Origin: a virus
Taxonomy: Duplodnaviria; Caudoviricetes
Virus record (IMG/VR): IMGVR_UViG_3300006853_000005
Location: 1-51,168 of that record
Strand: one strand, 5' to 3'
DNA: 51,168 bases
In this document: positions 9,896-20,000 of the stretch, in pieces
Layout of the letters: each line of letters begins with the position of its first letter
Numbering within the stretch: position 1 is the stretch's first letter
Made by a program: the position numbers and the translations under genes
Notes under the pieces: model-generated
What the model saw: only the letters and a program-made list of their open reading frames with translations
Databases searched by the model: none
Told to the model about the DNA's origin: nothing

Positions 9896-10421
9896 CCACG
9901 CCCGCCGCTGGGTCACCGCCCACGCTGCCCTCGGCCACGACGAGAACATCGCCGACATCGGCGGCCGGAACGTCAACGGGTCGATCCGCGATCTGTTCCC
10001 CACCGCCCGCGACTACGTCACCGTCGACCGGCTCGACGGTCCCGGCGTCGACGTCGTCGACGACTTCCTCGAATGGCAACCAGCCGCCATCTTCGGACTC
10101 GTGTTGCACCTGGAGGTCGCCGAGCACACTCCCGACTGGCGGGCCCACATCGCCAAGGCCGCCGAGATCCTCCGTCCCGGCGGGGCGCTGATCTGGACGT
10201 GCGCCGGTCCCGACCGGCTACCGCACTCCGCGATCGACGGCGGACCCCTACGCGACGGGGAGCACTACCAGAACATCCACCCCAGGGAACTCGCCGCCGA
10301 GCTGCGCAGCGCCTTCCCGTCCGTCGTGACCCAGGTCGGGATCGGCCACCCGCTCGCGCTGCGCCACGACCATCCCGACACACCCGTAGGCGACCTGTAC
10401 GCGGTCGCCTGGACCGCCTGA
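9888..10421 (+). CDS. class I SAM-dependent methyltransferase
   Basis: IADIGGRNVNG, YVTVD..GPGVDVV, LEVAEH, ILRPGG. Confidence 0.82.
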   Translation: MHDHARRWVTAHAALGHDENIADIGGRNVNGSIRDLFPTARDYVTVDRLDGPGVDVVDDFLEWQPAAIFGLVLHLEVAEHTPDWRAHIAKAAEILRPGGALIWTCAGPDRLPHSAIDGGPLRDGEHYQNIHPRELAAELRSAFPSVVTQVGIGHPLALRHDHPDTPVGDLYAVAWTA

Positions 10422-10437
10422 TCCGGAGGCGCACCCC

Positions 10438-11016
10438 ATGTCCATCGCCGCTCTCGTCGTGTCCCTCCCGGAACGCCGCGGTCTGCTCTACGAGGCGATC
10501 GAGTCGATCTCCGACCAGACCCGCCAACCCGACCACCTCCTCATCGGCGTCGACTACGCCCACGTCGGAGAGGTCGCGAACCAGAACCGGCTCATCACCG
10601 CCGCCCTCGAGTCCGGCGCCGACTGGCTGGCGTTCCTCCACGACGACGACCTGTGGCTCCCCGACCACCTCGCCGCCGCCGAGAAGCACTTCGACACCGC
10701 CGACGTCATCGTCTCCCGGGTCACCACCATCGGCCGTCCCCAGTCGACCCTCGAACCCCAACACGACGACTTCGGCGACCTCCTCTACACCAACTGGTTC
10801 CCGCCCTCAGCGGTCGTCGTGCGGGCTGAGACGTTCGGCCGGTGGACCGACGGCGAAGCGCCCGCCGAACACCCCCAACTCCACTCGCGGACCCCGTGGA
10901 TCGACTGGACCAACTGGCGGCGCCTCTACACCTCCGGCGCCCGGATGGTCCACACCAACCAGGCCACCTGCCTCTACCGCTTCGGCGACTGGGACAACGG
11001 CTCCTGGAGGTCGTAG
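10438..11016 (+). CDS. GT2-like glycosyltransferase
   Basis: LLYEAIESISDQT, ANQNRLI, WLAFLHDDDLWLPDHL; GGAGG RBS. Confidence 0.85.
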   Translation: MSIAALVVSLPERRGLLYEAIESISDQTRQPDHLLIGVDYAHVGEVANQNRLITAALESGADWLAFLHDDDLWLPDHLAAAEKHFDTADVIVSRVTTIGRPQSTLEPQHDDFGDLLYTNWFPPSAVVVRAETFGRWTDGEAPAEHPQLHSRTPWIDWTNWRRLYTSGARMVHTNQATCLYRFGDWDNGSWRS

Positions 11017-11646
11017 ATGACCATCACGAACGGCTACTGCACCCTCGCCGAGTTGCAGGACTGGTCCGACTTCGCGGTCCCGTCGCAGCAGAACAACCAG
11101 GAAGCCGTGGTCACTGCCGTGTCCCGGTGGATCGAGCAGTACACCCAACGCCACTTCTGGCAGGACGGCGATGATTCACCCGTCGCCAGGGTGTTCGACA
11201 CCTGCGACCCCTACGTGGTCGACCTCGGGCCGTTCAACGACCTCGTGTCGATCACCGCCCTCAAGACCGACCAGGGCAACGACGGCACCTACGAGACCAC
11301 CTGGGACACCACCGACTACCAGCCGGCACCGGTCAACACCACCGGGCCCGAGCAGCGCCCCTACACCCAGGTCCGTGCGGTCCTCGGCCGCACCTTCCCC
11401 AGCCCCGACCGGCGGGCCGGGCGGATCCAGATCACCGGGGTCTGGGGTTGGCCGGCGGTCCCCCAGGCCGTGACACAAGCGTGCCTCATCCAGACAGCCC
11501 GGGTCCTCAAGCGTCGCCAAGCCCCCGAAGGTGTCGTCGGGTTCGCCGACCTCGGCGTCGTCCGCATGCAACCACGCCTCGACGCCGACGTGCAGGCGCT
11601 CCTCGACCCCTACCGGCACCCCAACACCGCCGTCCTCGTCGGATGA
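11017..11646 (+). CDS. head-to-tail adaptor (gp6/gp15-like)
   Basis: YCTLAEL, SRWIEQYTQRHF, ITGVWGWPAVPQAVTQACLI, DVQALLDPYR. Confidence 0.85.
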   Translation: MTITNGYCTLAELQDWSDFAVPSQQNNQEAVVTAVSRWIEQYTQRHFWQDGDDSPVARVFDTCDPYVVDLGPFNDLVSITALKTDQGNDGTYETTWDTTDYQPAPVNTTGPEQRPYTQVRAVLGRTFPSPDRRAGRIQITGVWGWPAVPQAVTQACLIQTARVLKRRQAPEGVVGFADLGVVRMQPRLDADVQALLDPYRHPNTAVLVG

Positions 11647-12053
11647 CCACCCTCACCCAGGTCATCGAAGCGCTCACCGCGAAGCTCGAAACGATCGGCG
11701 GGCTCAAAGGCTACGACTACGCCGCCGCCGCCGAGTTCCCCTCCGTCACCGTGATGCCCCCCGACATCAACTACCGGGAGACCATGGGCCGCGGGTGCAT
11801 CGGACTCAACCTCGAACTGCTCCTGTTCGTGTCTGCCGCCGACGCCATGAAGGTCAAGGACCTCTACCCGTACATGGACTGGGAAGGCGACCAGTCGATC
11901 GTCAAGCTCATCGACGACGACATCGACCTCGGCTTCGACGACCTCAACTGCCACGTCGTCGCCGCCCGCCCCCTCGGTCTCGAAGAGGTCGCCCTCTACA
12001 GCGCTTACGGCGCCGCGTTCACCGTCCAGCTCTACGCGACGAACCCCAGCTAG
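11643..12053 (+). CDS. probable tail terminator/neck protein
   Basis: Size, position before the tail-tube genes, ATGA coupling. Confidence 0.6.
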   Translation: MTTLTQVIEALTAKLETIGGLKGYDYAAAAEFPSVTVMPPDINYRETMGRGCIGLNLELLLFVSAADAMKVKDLYPYMDWEGDQSIVKLIDDDIDLGFDDLNCHVVAARPLGLEEVALYSAYGAAFTVQLYATNPS

Positions 12054-12062
12054 GGAGGCCCC

Positions 12063-12797
12063 GTGGCGACCACCGCTCTCACCGACGTGTTCTCGTACGT
12101 CTCCGAGTACGACTTCACGTGCGACACCAACAACGCCATGCTCGACCTCGCCGCCGCCGAGCTCGACGCCACCACGTTCTGCTCGAGCGGGTGGACCACG
12201 AAGATCGCCGGGCTCAAGTCGGTCAAGTACGACATGGCCGGGTTCTGGCAGTCCGCCGCGAACCAGGCCGTCGACCCCCAAGCGTTCCCGAGGCTGGGGA
12301 CGGTCGATGAGGTGTTCACCGTCGGCCCGGTCCGCACCGAAGCGACGGGGGTGACCTCGAGCGGCTGCTACTTGTTCAAGGCCGGGAAGTTCAGCTACGA
12401 GCAGTTCGGGCAGGTCGGGACGGTCGCCCCGTTCAAGCTGTCGTCGATGGGCACCAACGGGGTCGGTGTCCGTCGGGGCTGGCTCCTCAAGGCCAAGGGC
12501 TCGGTCTCCGCGACGGGACAGTTGGGTCAGACGTTCGACACCGCTCTCGGGTCCGCGTCGTCGACCCTGTACGCGACGGTCCACATCTTCACCGTCGGGA
12601 CGACGATCACGATCCAGCTCCAGTCCGACGACAACACCGGGTTCACGACCCCCACGACCCTGGCGACGATCGGTCCGCTCACCGCTGTCGGCGGGACGTG
12701 GATGACCCCGGTGGCAGGGAACTCCGACCGCTACCTCCGTTTCAACGTTTCCGCCAACACCGGCACACATTCGGTCGCAGCGGCCCTGGCCACCTGA
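12063..12797 (+). CDS. tail-tube-like protein with C-terminal beta-rich extension
   Basis: N-half similar to the next gene (ELDATTFCSSGWTTKIAGLKS vs ALDSTAMGDSWTEQTPGLKS); Thr/Gly-rich. Confidence 0.7.
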   Translation: MATTALTDVFSYVSEYDFTCDTNNAMLDLAAAELDATTFCSSGWTTKIAGLKSVKYDMAGFWQSAANQAVDPQAFPRLGTVDEVFTVGPVRTEATGVTSSGCYLFKAGKFSYEQFGQVGTVAPFKLSSMGTNGVGVRRGWLLKAKGSVSATGQLGQTFDTALGSASSTLYATVHIFTVGTTITIQLQSDDNTGFTTPTTLATIGPLTAVGGTWMTPVAGNSDRYLRFNVSANTGTHSVAAALAT

Positions 12798-12807
12798 AGG
12801 AGAAGCA

Positions 12808-13218
12808 ATGGCTGCTTTCGCTCTCACCAACGAGTACTTCGCGCTCAACGCCGTCGACATGTCGTCGTTCGTGAAGTCCGCGACCCTGACCCTCGACGCC
12901 GCCGCGTTGGACTCCACGGCGATGGGGGACTCGTGGACCGAGCAGACCCCCGGGCTCAAGTCCGGGACCCTCGCTCTCACGTTCAACGACGACTACGCGG
13001 CGACGACCGTCGATGACCGGCTGTTCCCGCTGTTCGGGACGGTCGTGACGTTCGAGGTCCGGCCGGTCGCCGGGATCGCCGTGTCGGCGACGAACCCCCG
13101 CTACACCGGGTCGGTGCTCGTCACCCAGCACACCATCGGCGGTGACGTCGGGTCGCTCGCAGCGAAGCAGCTGTCGTTCCCCACGTCGGGGACCGTCACC
13201 CGGGCCACCTCGACCTGA
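12808..13218 (+). CDS. major tail (tube) protein
   Basis: 136 aa, strong AAGGAG RBS, SATNPRYTGSVLV motif typical of actinophage tube proteins. Confidence 0.8.
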   Translation: MAAFALTNEYFALNAVDMSSFVKSATLTLDAAALDSTAMGDSWTEQTPGLKSGTLALTFNDDYAATTVDDRLFPLFGTVVTFEVRPVAGIAVSATNPRYTGSVLVTQHTIGGDVGSLAAKQLSFPTSGTVTRATST

Positions 13219-13239
13219 CCCGCCGCTCCAAGATCCGGG

Positions 13240-13875
13240 ATGGAGGACTTGATGGGTACATCCACGTCGGGCGCTCAGGTCGCCCGCAAGTTCATGCGGC
13301 TCGCCGAGGGGCTGTCGGACCAGAAGGTCCCGTTGAACCGCACCGCGCTCGAGGTGAAGCGGATCATGGAACGTTCCGCCGCGTCCGCTGGGGCGTTGGG
13401 GAACCGGCCGTCGGGGAAACGCAAGACGATCGGGGTCCGCTACAACCTGCGGAACCTCGCGGAGGGGTCGGGTGTGGCGATCGTGTCGTACACGGGCGCC
13501 GCTCACCTGCTCAACAACCCAACCTCGGAGCACTTCATCGCCCCGTCCGCGTACGGGTCGGTGGGTGCCCTGTCGGAGATCAGCCGCGGGCTGGGCGCGG
13601 TCACCGCGTTCGGCGGGTCGACCCGCGGGATGCTGTCGGCGGGGAAGGGCCGGCGGTTCCAGCTCTCCAAGTCCGGCAATCTGGTCCGCCGTAAGACCCG
13701 CGGTGGTGCGAGGGCGTTGACGATCGGCCCCGATCTCCGGGCCCACGCGTTCCACCCGGGCACCGCGGGCCAGGGGTTCTTCCAGGAAGCGAAGACTCGG
13801 GCTCTGGTGGTGGCGCCGAGGACCTACGCCCGGGCCGGGCTGACCGAGCCCCTCAAGCAGGCGTTCGCCGCGTGA
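13240..13875 (+). CDS. HK97 gp10-like tail completion protein
   Basis: Basic protein with HPGTAGQGFF C-terminal motif; lies in the tail module. Confidence 0.65.
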   Translation: MEDLMGTSTSGAQVARKFMRLAEGLSDQKVPLNRTALEVKRIMERSAASAGALGNRPSGKRKTIGVRYNLRNLAEGSGVAIVSYTGAAHLLNNPTSEHFIAPSAYGSVGALSEISRGLGAVTAFGGSTRGMLSAGKGRRFQLSKSGNLVRRKTRGGARALTIGPDLRAHAFHPGTAGQGFFQEAKTRALVVAPRTYARAGLTEPLKQAFAA

Positions 13876-14282
13876 GCACAGCGAAGCCGACGACCGACAA
13901 GGTCGTCACCGAGATCCTCGCCGGCCGACATGACGGCCGCCTCGTCGACATCGCCCAGGCGATCGAGCGGCGGGTCACGTCCGACGCCACCGGGTGGCTG
14001 TGGCGCATCACGCTCCCCGATGGTGAGGCGTGGGATTCCGAGACGGTCACGGTCGGGGAGCTGACGTTCGTCGAGCAGACCACCGGGGTGTCGTATCTGC
14101 TGATCGACCCGAACAAGTCGATGGCCCAGTTCCGGGCGCTGGTCACCGCCCACCACGTAGCCGCCGGGCTCGAACGCGACGCAGCGATCGCGAAAGCTTC
14201 GGCCCTCACCCAGTCCGAAGCGGTCAAGGCTGTTACCCACTACGAGGGCACCCTGGGAAAAGGATCAGGCTCGACCAGTTGA
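13872..14282 (+). CDS. tail assembly chaperone G
   Basis: Upstream of tape measure; ends at slippery G GGA AAA. Confidence 0.8.
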   Translation: MSTAKPTTDKVVTEILAGRHDGRLVDIAQAIERRVTSDATGWLWRITLPDGEAWDSETVTVGELTFVEQTTGVSYLLIDPNKSMAQFRALVTAHHVAAGLERDAAIAKASALTQSEAVKAVTHYEGTLGKGSGSTS

Positions 14283-14383
14283 TCAGCCTGTGCATCCAGG
14301 CGTGGCGCTGGCCGCCGACGGTCACCGCCGATCAGCCGGTCGGCCCGGTCGTGCGAGCCCTGATCCCGCTGCTCAAGGACTAG
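14255..14383 (+). other. -1 programmed ribosomal frameshift (GGGAAAA, 14255-14261) and GT extension
   Basis: CTG GGA AAA GGA; the -1 frame reads GKRIRLDQLISLCIQAWRWPP...LKD* to 14383. Confidence 0.85.
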
Positions 14384-14615
14384 GGGAGTCTCGGCGCATC
14401 GAGGCTCCCACGGTCACGAGCACGAACCCAGCGACGGCCGATATGCCGGCCAGTCCGCTCGACCCTCCGCCGACGGCTACCGCCGCGGCGAGCATGAGCA
14501 CGAACAGCCCCGCTGTCCGCAGGTTGACGCCGGTCTGCGTGAGCTGTGTCCGCCTCATATCGCCCTGCTGCTGATGCATCCGCCTGTTCATTAGGCCGAC
14601 GGTAGCTGCCAACAC
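14373..14615 (-). CDS. small two-TM membrane protein on the opposite strand (start uncertain)
   Basis: GLFVLMLAAAVAVGG..GLAGISAVAGFVLVTVGAS hydrophobic hairpin; fills the gap between GT and TMP. Confidence 0.6.
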   Translation of the reverse strand: MLAATVGLMNRRMHQQQGDMRRTQLTQTGVNLRTAGLFVLMLAAAVAVGGGSSGLAGISAVAGFVLVTVGASMRRDSPSP

Positions 14616-14643
14616 ACGCTATGTGCGTAGAGGAGGCGCCTCG

Positions 14644-17067
14644 ATGGGCTTCACCGAGACTCTGCGGCTGCTGGTCGAGGCGGACGCGAAGGGCGCGATC
14701 TCCGAGGTCGAGAAGCTCGGGTCCACTGCCGAGCGGGAGGCCAACCGCTCGGAGAAGGCCCTGGACCGGTGGGGCAACCGGATGCAGTCGGTGGGCACCG
14801 GGATGATGGTCTTCGGTGCCGCCGCCCTGGTCGGGCTGAAGTCGGCGGGTGACGCGGCCAGTGATCTGAACGAGGTGGCGTCGAAGTCGGCGACCGTGTT
14901 CGGCGAGGCCGCTGGTGAGGTTGACGAGTTCGCGTCGAACGCTGCGGACATCGGTCTGTCGAAGCGTGCTGCTCTCGAGGCGGCGTCGGGGTTCGGGAAC
15001 CTCTTCGATCAGCTGGGGTTCGCTAACGAGGCGTCGGCGGACATGTCGATGTCGTTGACGCAGCTCGCGTCGGACTTCGCGTCGTTCCACAACGCGGACA
15101 TCACCGAGGTGATCGAGGCGCAGACGGCTGCGTTTCGGGGCGAGTACGACTCGCTGCAGCGGTTCGTGCCGACGATCAACGCGGCTGCGGTGCAGCAGCA
15201 GGCGATGGCCGAGACCGGCAAGGACAACGCCGACGCCCTCACTGAGGCCGAGAAGGCCGCGGCGACCTACACGTTGATGATCGAGGGCGCCGGCGCGGCG
15301 ACGGGTGACTTCGCCCGGACCGGTGACTCCGCTGCGAATCAGCAGCGGAAGCTGAACGCCAACTGGGAGAACCTCAAGGCGCAGCTCGGCCAGGGTGTCC
15401 TGCCCGCGATGCAGACGATGCTGGGTGTCACCAATGACGTCGTGGGCGGCCTGTCCGACCTCAACGCGGTGACCGACGGAACGCTCGGGAAGATCGCCAC
15501 CTTCGGTGCCGTCGGGCTCGTCGCCGCCGGTGGCGTGTCGACCCTGGTCGGCAAGGTCATCACCATGCGGGAGAACTTCAAGACCGCATGGGACGCGGTC
15601 CAGAAGCTGAGGGGCGGGATGAGCGGTCTCTCCGGATCCGCCACCCGGGCCGGCCTCGCTTTCGGCGCCCTGGCGATCGTCGGCCAGACGATCGACGAGA
15701 TCTCCGGGGGGATCGAGCACATCGACCTCGCGAAATTGGAGAACGATCTGCTGCGGCTCGGTGAGACCGGGCGAGCGTCGGGCGACCTACTCGCTGCCGC
15801 GGGTGGAGATCTCGACAAGCTCCGCGATGCCATCGAGATGATCGCGGCGCCGTCGACCGCCACCCAGGTCAAGAACGTGATGGAAGAGATCTCGACTGGC
15901 GGCGGACTCCTGGGCGAGACCGGTCACGACCTCGAAGAGGCAAAGGCCCTCGTCGACGACTTCGATAAGGCCCTCGCCCAACTTGCCACCCGCGACCCCC
16001 AGCTTGCTGCTGACGCGCTCAAGCAGCTGACCGACCAGATGAACCCGGAGGAAGCCGGCCGGTTCGTCGGGCTCCTCGACGACTACGACTCGGCGCTCGC
16101 CGAGATCGATACGACTGAGGCGACGTCGGGGACCGATGAGCTCGGCGGCGCTATGGGCGAACAGTCCGAAGAGACCGCCGCTGCCGAGGACGCCCTGAAG
16201 GACTACCAGGACCAGCTGAAGGGGATGTTCGACCCGCTGTTCGCTATGTCCGACGCGTTGGACAAGAACAGCGAGGCGCACGCCAACCTCCAGGCCAAGC
16301 AGCTCGAAGCGTTCGTGGCGCAGGATGAGTACAACGAGGCGGTCCGCCGGTACGGCGAGAACTCTGACGCTGCCCGGGACGCGGCGGCGAACAACATGGA
16401 GGCCCAGGAAGCGCTCGCTGATGCGCAGCGCGACGCCCGCAACGCGGTGATCGATCTCGACTCTGCGGCGGCTGACCTGCGGTTCGAGATGGACGAGAAC
16501 GGGCTGACCGCCGAGCAGGCCCGGGCCCGGTTCGTGGAGATGGCCACCCAGATGGGCTACACGGAAGCCCAGGCGAACCAGCTGGCCGACGAGTTCGGGT
16601 TCGTGACCCGCAAGGCCCAGGAGGTCGGCCGGCAGCATCCCCGCCCGACGATCAGTGCCAGGGACCTCGCCACGGGGGTCATCAACTCGGTGGGCGCCGG
16701 GCTGGGGGCGATCGACGGGCGCTCGGCGACGGTCACGATCAACGCCAACACGATCATCCGGTCCGTGGTCGAGGGCTTCGGGTTCGGTGGTGGCCGAGCG
16801 CGTGGCGGCTCGGTGTCGGGGTCCAAGTTCTACGAGGTGGTCGAGGACGGCGCACCGGAGCTGTTCAAGACCGGGGGCCGGACCTTCATGATCCCCGGCG
16901 CTGACGGTGAAGTCGTCCCGACCTCCGACGTGTCGCTCGGCTCGGGCGTCGGGATGGGCGGGACGACGATCATCAACCACGTCCACGTCGCCGGGTCGGT
17001 GCTTTCCGACCGGGACCTGGTGCAGACGATCAACCGGCTCACCGCCCGGGGCAGGGGGCTCAACTAG
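14644..17067 (+). CDS. tape measure protein (807 aa)
   Basis: AGGAGG RBS; long Ala-rich helical protein; ASDLNEVASK, LASDFASFHN, C-terminal RARGGSV..YEVVEDGAPELF. Confidence 0.93.
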   Translation: MGFTETLRLLVEADAKGAISEVEKLGSTAEREANRSEKALDRWGNRMQSVGTGMMVFGAAALVGLKSAGDAASDLNEVASKSATVFGEAAGEVDEFASNAADIGLSKRAALEAASGFGNLFDQLGFANEASADMSMSLTQLASDFASFHNADITEVIEAQTAAFRGEYDSLQRFVPTINAAAVQQQAMAETGKDNADALTEAEKAAATYTLMIEGAGAATGDFARTGDSAANQQRKLNANWENLKAQLGQGVLPAMQTMLGVTNDVVGGLSDLNAVTDGTLGKIATFGAVGLVAAGGVSTLVGKVITMRENFKTAWDAVQKLRGGMSGLSGSATRAGLAFGALAIVGQTIDEISGGIEHIDLAKLENDLLRLGETGRASGDLLAAAGGDLDKLRDAIEMIAAPSTATQVKNVMEEISTGGGLLGETGHDLEEAKALVDDFDKALAQLATRDPQLAADALKQLTDQMNPEEAGRFVGLLDDYDSALAEIDTTEATSGTDELGGAMGEQSEETAAAEDALKDYQDQLKGMFDPLFAMSDALDKNSEAHANLQAKQLEAFVAQDEYNEAVRRYGENSDAARDAAANNMEAQEALADAQRDARNAVIDLDSAAADLRFEMDENGLTAEQARARFVEMATQMGYTEAQANQLADEFGFVTRKAQEVGRQHPRPTISARDLATGVINSVGAGLGAIDGRSATVTINANTIIRSVVEGFGFGGGRARGGSVSGSKFYEVVEDGAPELFKTGGRTFMIPGADGEVVPTSDVSLGSGVGMGGTTIINHVHVAGSVLSDRDLVQTINRLTARGRGLN

Positions 17068-20000
17068 GTGGCGACCCCGGCGCTTCCGATCACCGGACTG
17101 ATCGAGGCCGCGCTGGGCGCGGACCTCGACGGCGATGAGCGCACCTGGACCTACACGGCACTCACCCGCTCGGGGAAGACAAGGCTGCTCGACCGGACCT
17201 CGGCGGTGATCACCCGCGGCCAGGCCGACGAGCGCAACGGGATCGAACCGGCCACGTTCAGTGCGCTGCTCGACAACCGCGACGGCGAGCTCACCCCCGG
17301 ACGCGCGACGTCGACGCTCTACCCGTTCTTCGACCTGGGCTGCCAGATCCGCTACAGCCTGACCAACGTCGGGGTTCCGCACCTGCTCACGACCGGGGCG
17401 GCGACGTCGCGGGCGGGGACCGTCGACCACGCCGACTTCCCCACCGGCGACTGGTTCGTCGGCGTCGAGGTCGAAGCGCCGTTCTACTTCCCGCCCACCG
17501 GGTCCGCGTACGAGATCGCCGGGAAGTTCAACGTCACCGGCGGGCAACGATCGCTGCTGCTCTACATGCTCGACGATGGGACGCTTCGGATCCGGTCGTC
17601 GCCCGACGGGACCGCCGAGGTCAACAACGCCTCGACGATCCCACTGCCTCGACCCATCGCCGGGACGTTTGCGTTCGCCACCTGGTACGACGTCGCCAAC
17701 GGCGGCAACCGGGTCATGACGGTCTACGCCGCACGCACGCTCGACGCGATCCTGGCCGACCCGGCCGGCACGGTCCACGAGACCGTCACCACCGCCGGGA
17801 CCACCTCGGTGTTCAACAGCACCGCGACCTTCGACGTCGGCGACGTGACCGGGTCGGGGTTCGCGCCGTTCCCCGGCCACTACCGCCGCGTCGAGGTGCG
17901 GGCCGGCGACTCCACCGGCACGGTCGTGACGAACCCCGACTTCACCATCCAGACCCCCGGTGCGACCAGCTTCGCCGACACGGCCCCCAACCCCAAGACC
18001 TGGACCGTCGGCGCCCTCGGGCTGATCGAGCGCAAGCAGGTCCGGTTCGTCGGCCAGATCACCTCCATCACCCCCGAGTGGCCCGACGGTGACGGCGCCG
18101 AGACCGCAGCGGTCAAGATCGAGGCGTCGGGTGAGCTGGAGCGGTTCCAGCGCGACGAGACCCCGCTGCGCTCCGCGATCTACCGGACCGTCACCGCCCC
18201 CCGTTACGCCGCCAACATCCACGACTACTTCCCGCTCGAGGACGGACGGGACGCCACCTCGGCGTTCGCGGCGATCGGCGGCGGCCCGGGCGGGGTGGCC
18301 ATGAACCTCGCGTCGGACGACTCGCTGGTGTCGTCGGGTCCGCTCCCGTCGATCGGGGGTGGCCAGCCCTACGGCTGGAACCTCACCCTGTCGGGGACAG
18401 CCCCGACGTCGGGCTGGTCGGCGCACTGGTTCCTGAACCTCGCGACGGTCCCGGCCGGTGGCGAGTTCCTCGACCAGCGCCTCGACACGACCGGCGGGAC
18501 GACCACGCAGTGGATCGTCCGCATGGACTCCGGCGGTTACACGCTCTACGCCAAGGACGAAGCCGAGACCAACGTGCTGGTCGACCCGATCGCCCTCGGC
18601 TCCGACGTCTACGGCGACTGGCTGATGGTCACGCTGACGGTCGCCCAGGACGGCGCCGACATCGACTACGGGGTCACGTTCACCCACCTCGGCGGTGGCG
18701 GGGGCGGCGCGGGCGGGACCCTGGCCGGCTACACCCTCGGCTCACCGGTCCGTGCCCGGAGCCTCGACGACCAGGCGCCCAGCGACGGGTTCTCGTGGGG
18801 GCACCTGGTGATCTCCTCCGGGCTCACCACCAGCTTCCTGGTCCCGGCGGACACCGGCTACCTCGGCGAGACCGCAGCAGCGAGGATCGCCCGGCTCTGC
18901 GACGAGGCCGGCATCCCCTACGTGGTCGAAGGCGACGACTCGGCGCCGGTGGGCCCACAGCGGCCGGTGAAGCTCACCCAGCTCCTCACCGACGCCGCCG
19001 AAGCGGACGGCGGGGTGCTCGTCGAACTGCCCAACACCCGGGGGATCGGCTACCGCACCCGGGCGTCGCTCCTCAACCAGACCCCGGTCTTCGCGGTCGC
19101 CGCCGACCTGAACCTCGGGCTCGACCTGAAACCGGTCCGGGACAACCAGCGGACGGTCAACGACTTCACCGCCTCCCGCACCGACGGGTCGAGCTTCCAC
19201 GCCACCGACCCCGACCACATCGCCAAGATGCGCCGCTACCCCGACGGCACCGAGGTCAACGTCGCCTACGACTGGCAGCTCCCCTACGTCGCCGGCCGGC
19301 ACCTCGCCGCGGGGACCGTCGCCGAGCTCCGCTACCCGCGGGTCCCCGTCAACCTGGTCGCCGACTCGGCGATGCACGACGCGTGGCTGGGCGCCGGCCC
19401 GGGCGACATCTTCGAGATCACCGGTCTCGCCGCCGGGACCCACCCCGCAGCGACGGTGCCGCTCATCTTGGAGGGGAGCACCGAGACGATCTCGTCGACG
19501 GGCTGGGACCTCGGGCTCGACAACAGCCCCGGCTCCCTGTGGGACGCCGGCGTGGTCGACGAGGACCGGGCCGACACCGCTGGCTCCGAGCTCGCCGTCG
19601 CGATCGACGACAACGACACGTCCCTGTCGGTGGCGACCACCGTGTGGCCGCCGTGGCGGTCCGTTGCAGGGGGCGCGTCGCTGCCTTTTGGTATCGCCGC
19701 CGGTGGCGAGGAGATGTCGGTCACCGACCTCGACGACATCGTCGCCACGTTCGGTGCCGTCGGCACGGCCAGCCACGCCGTCAACGCGTCGGTCACCCCC
19801 GGCGCCCCCGCGAGCGTGGCCGCGGGGAACCTGCTGATCCTGTTCGCCGCGATCCGCAACACCGGCGCCGGGACAGTCAACACCCCATCGGGCTGGGAGC
19901 GGTGGCCGGTGTTCACCGAGACCGACAACGTCGCCGTGTTCGCCCGGATCGCCCAGTCGGGTGGCGAGGCCATGCCGACCGTGACATTCAGCGGGGGCAT

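Noticed and set aside
6000-11016. Cassette as a DNA hypermodification system
   Set aside because: It lies in the late structural operon, and no base-hydroxylase, thymidylate-synthase-like or DNA polymerase gene was recognised; disfavoured but not excluded
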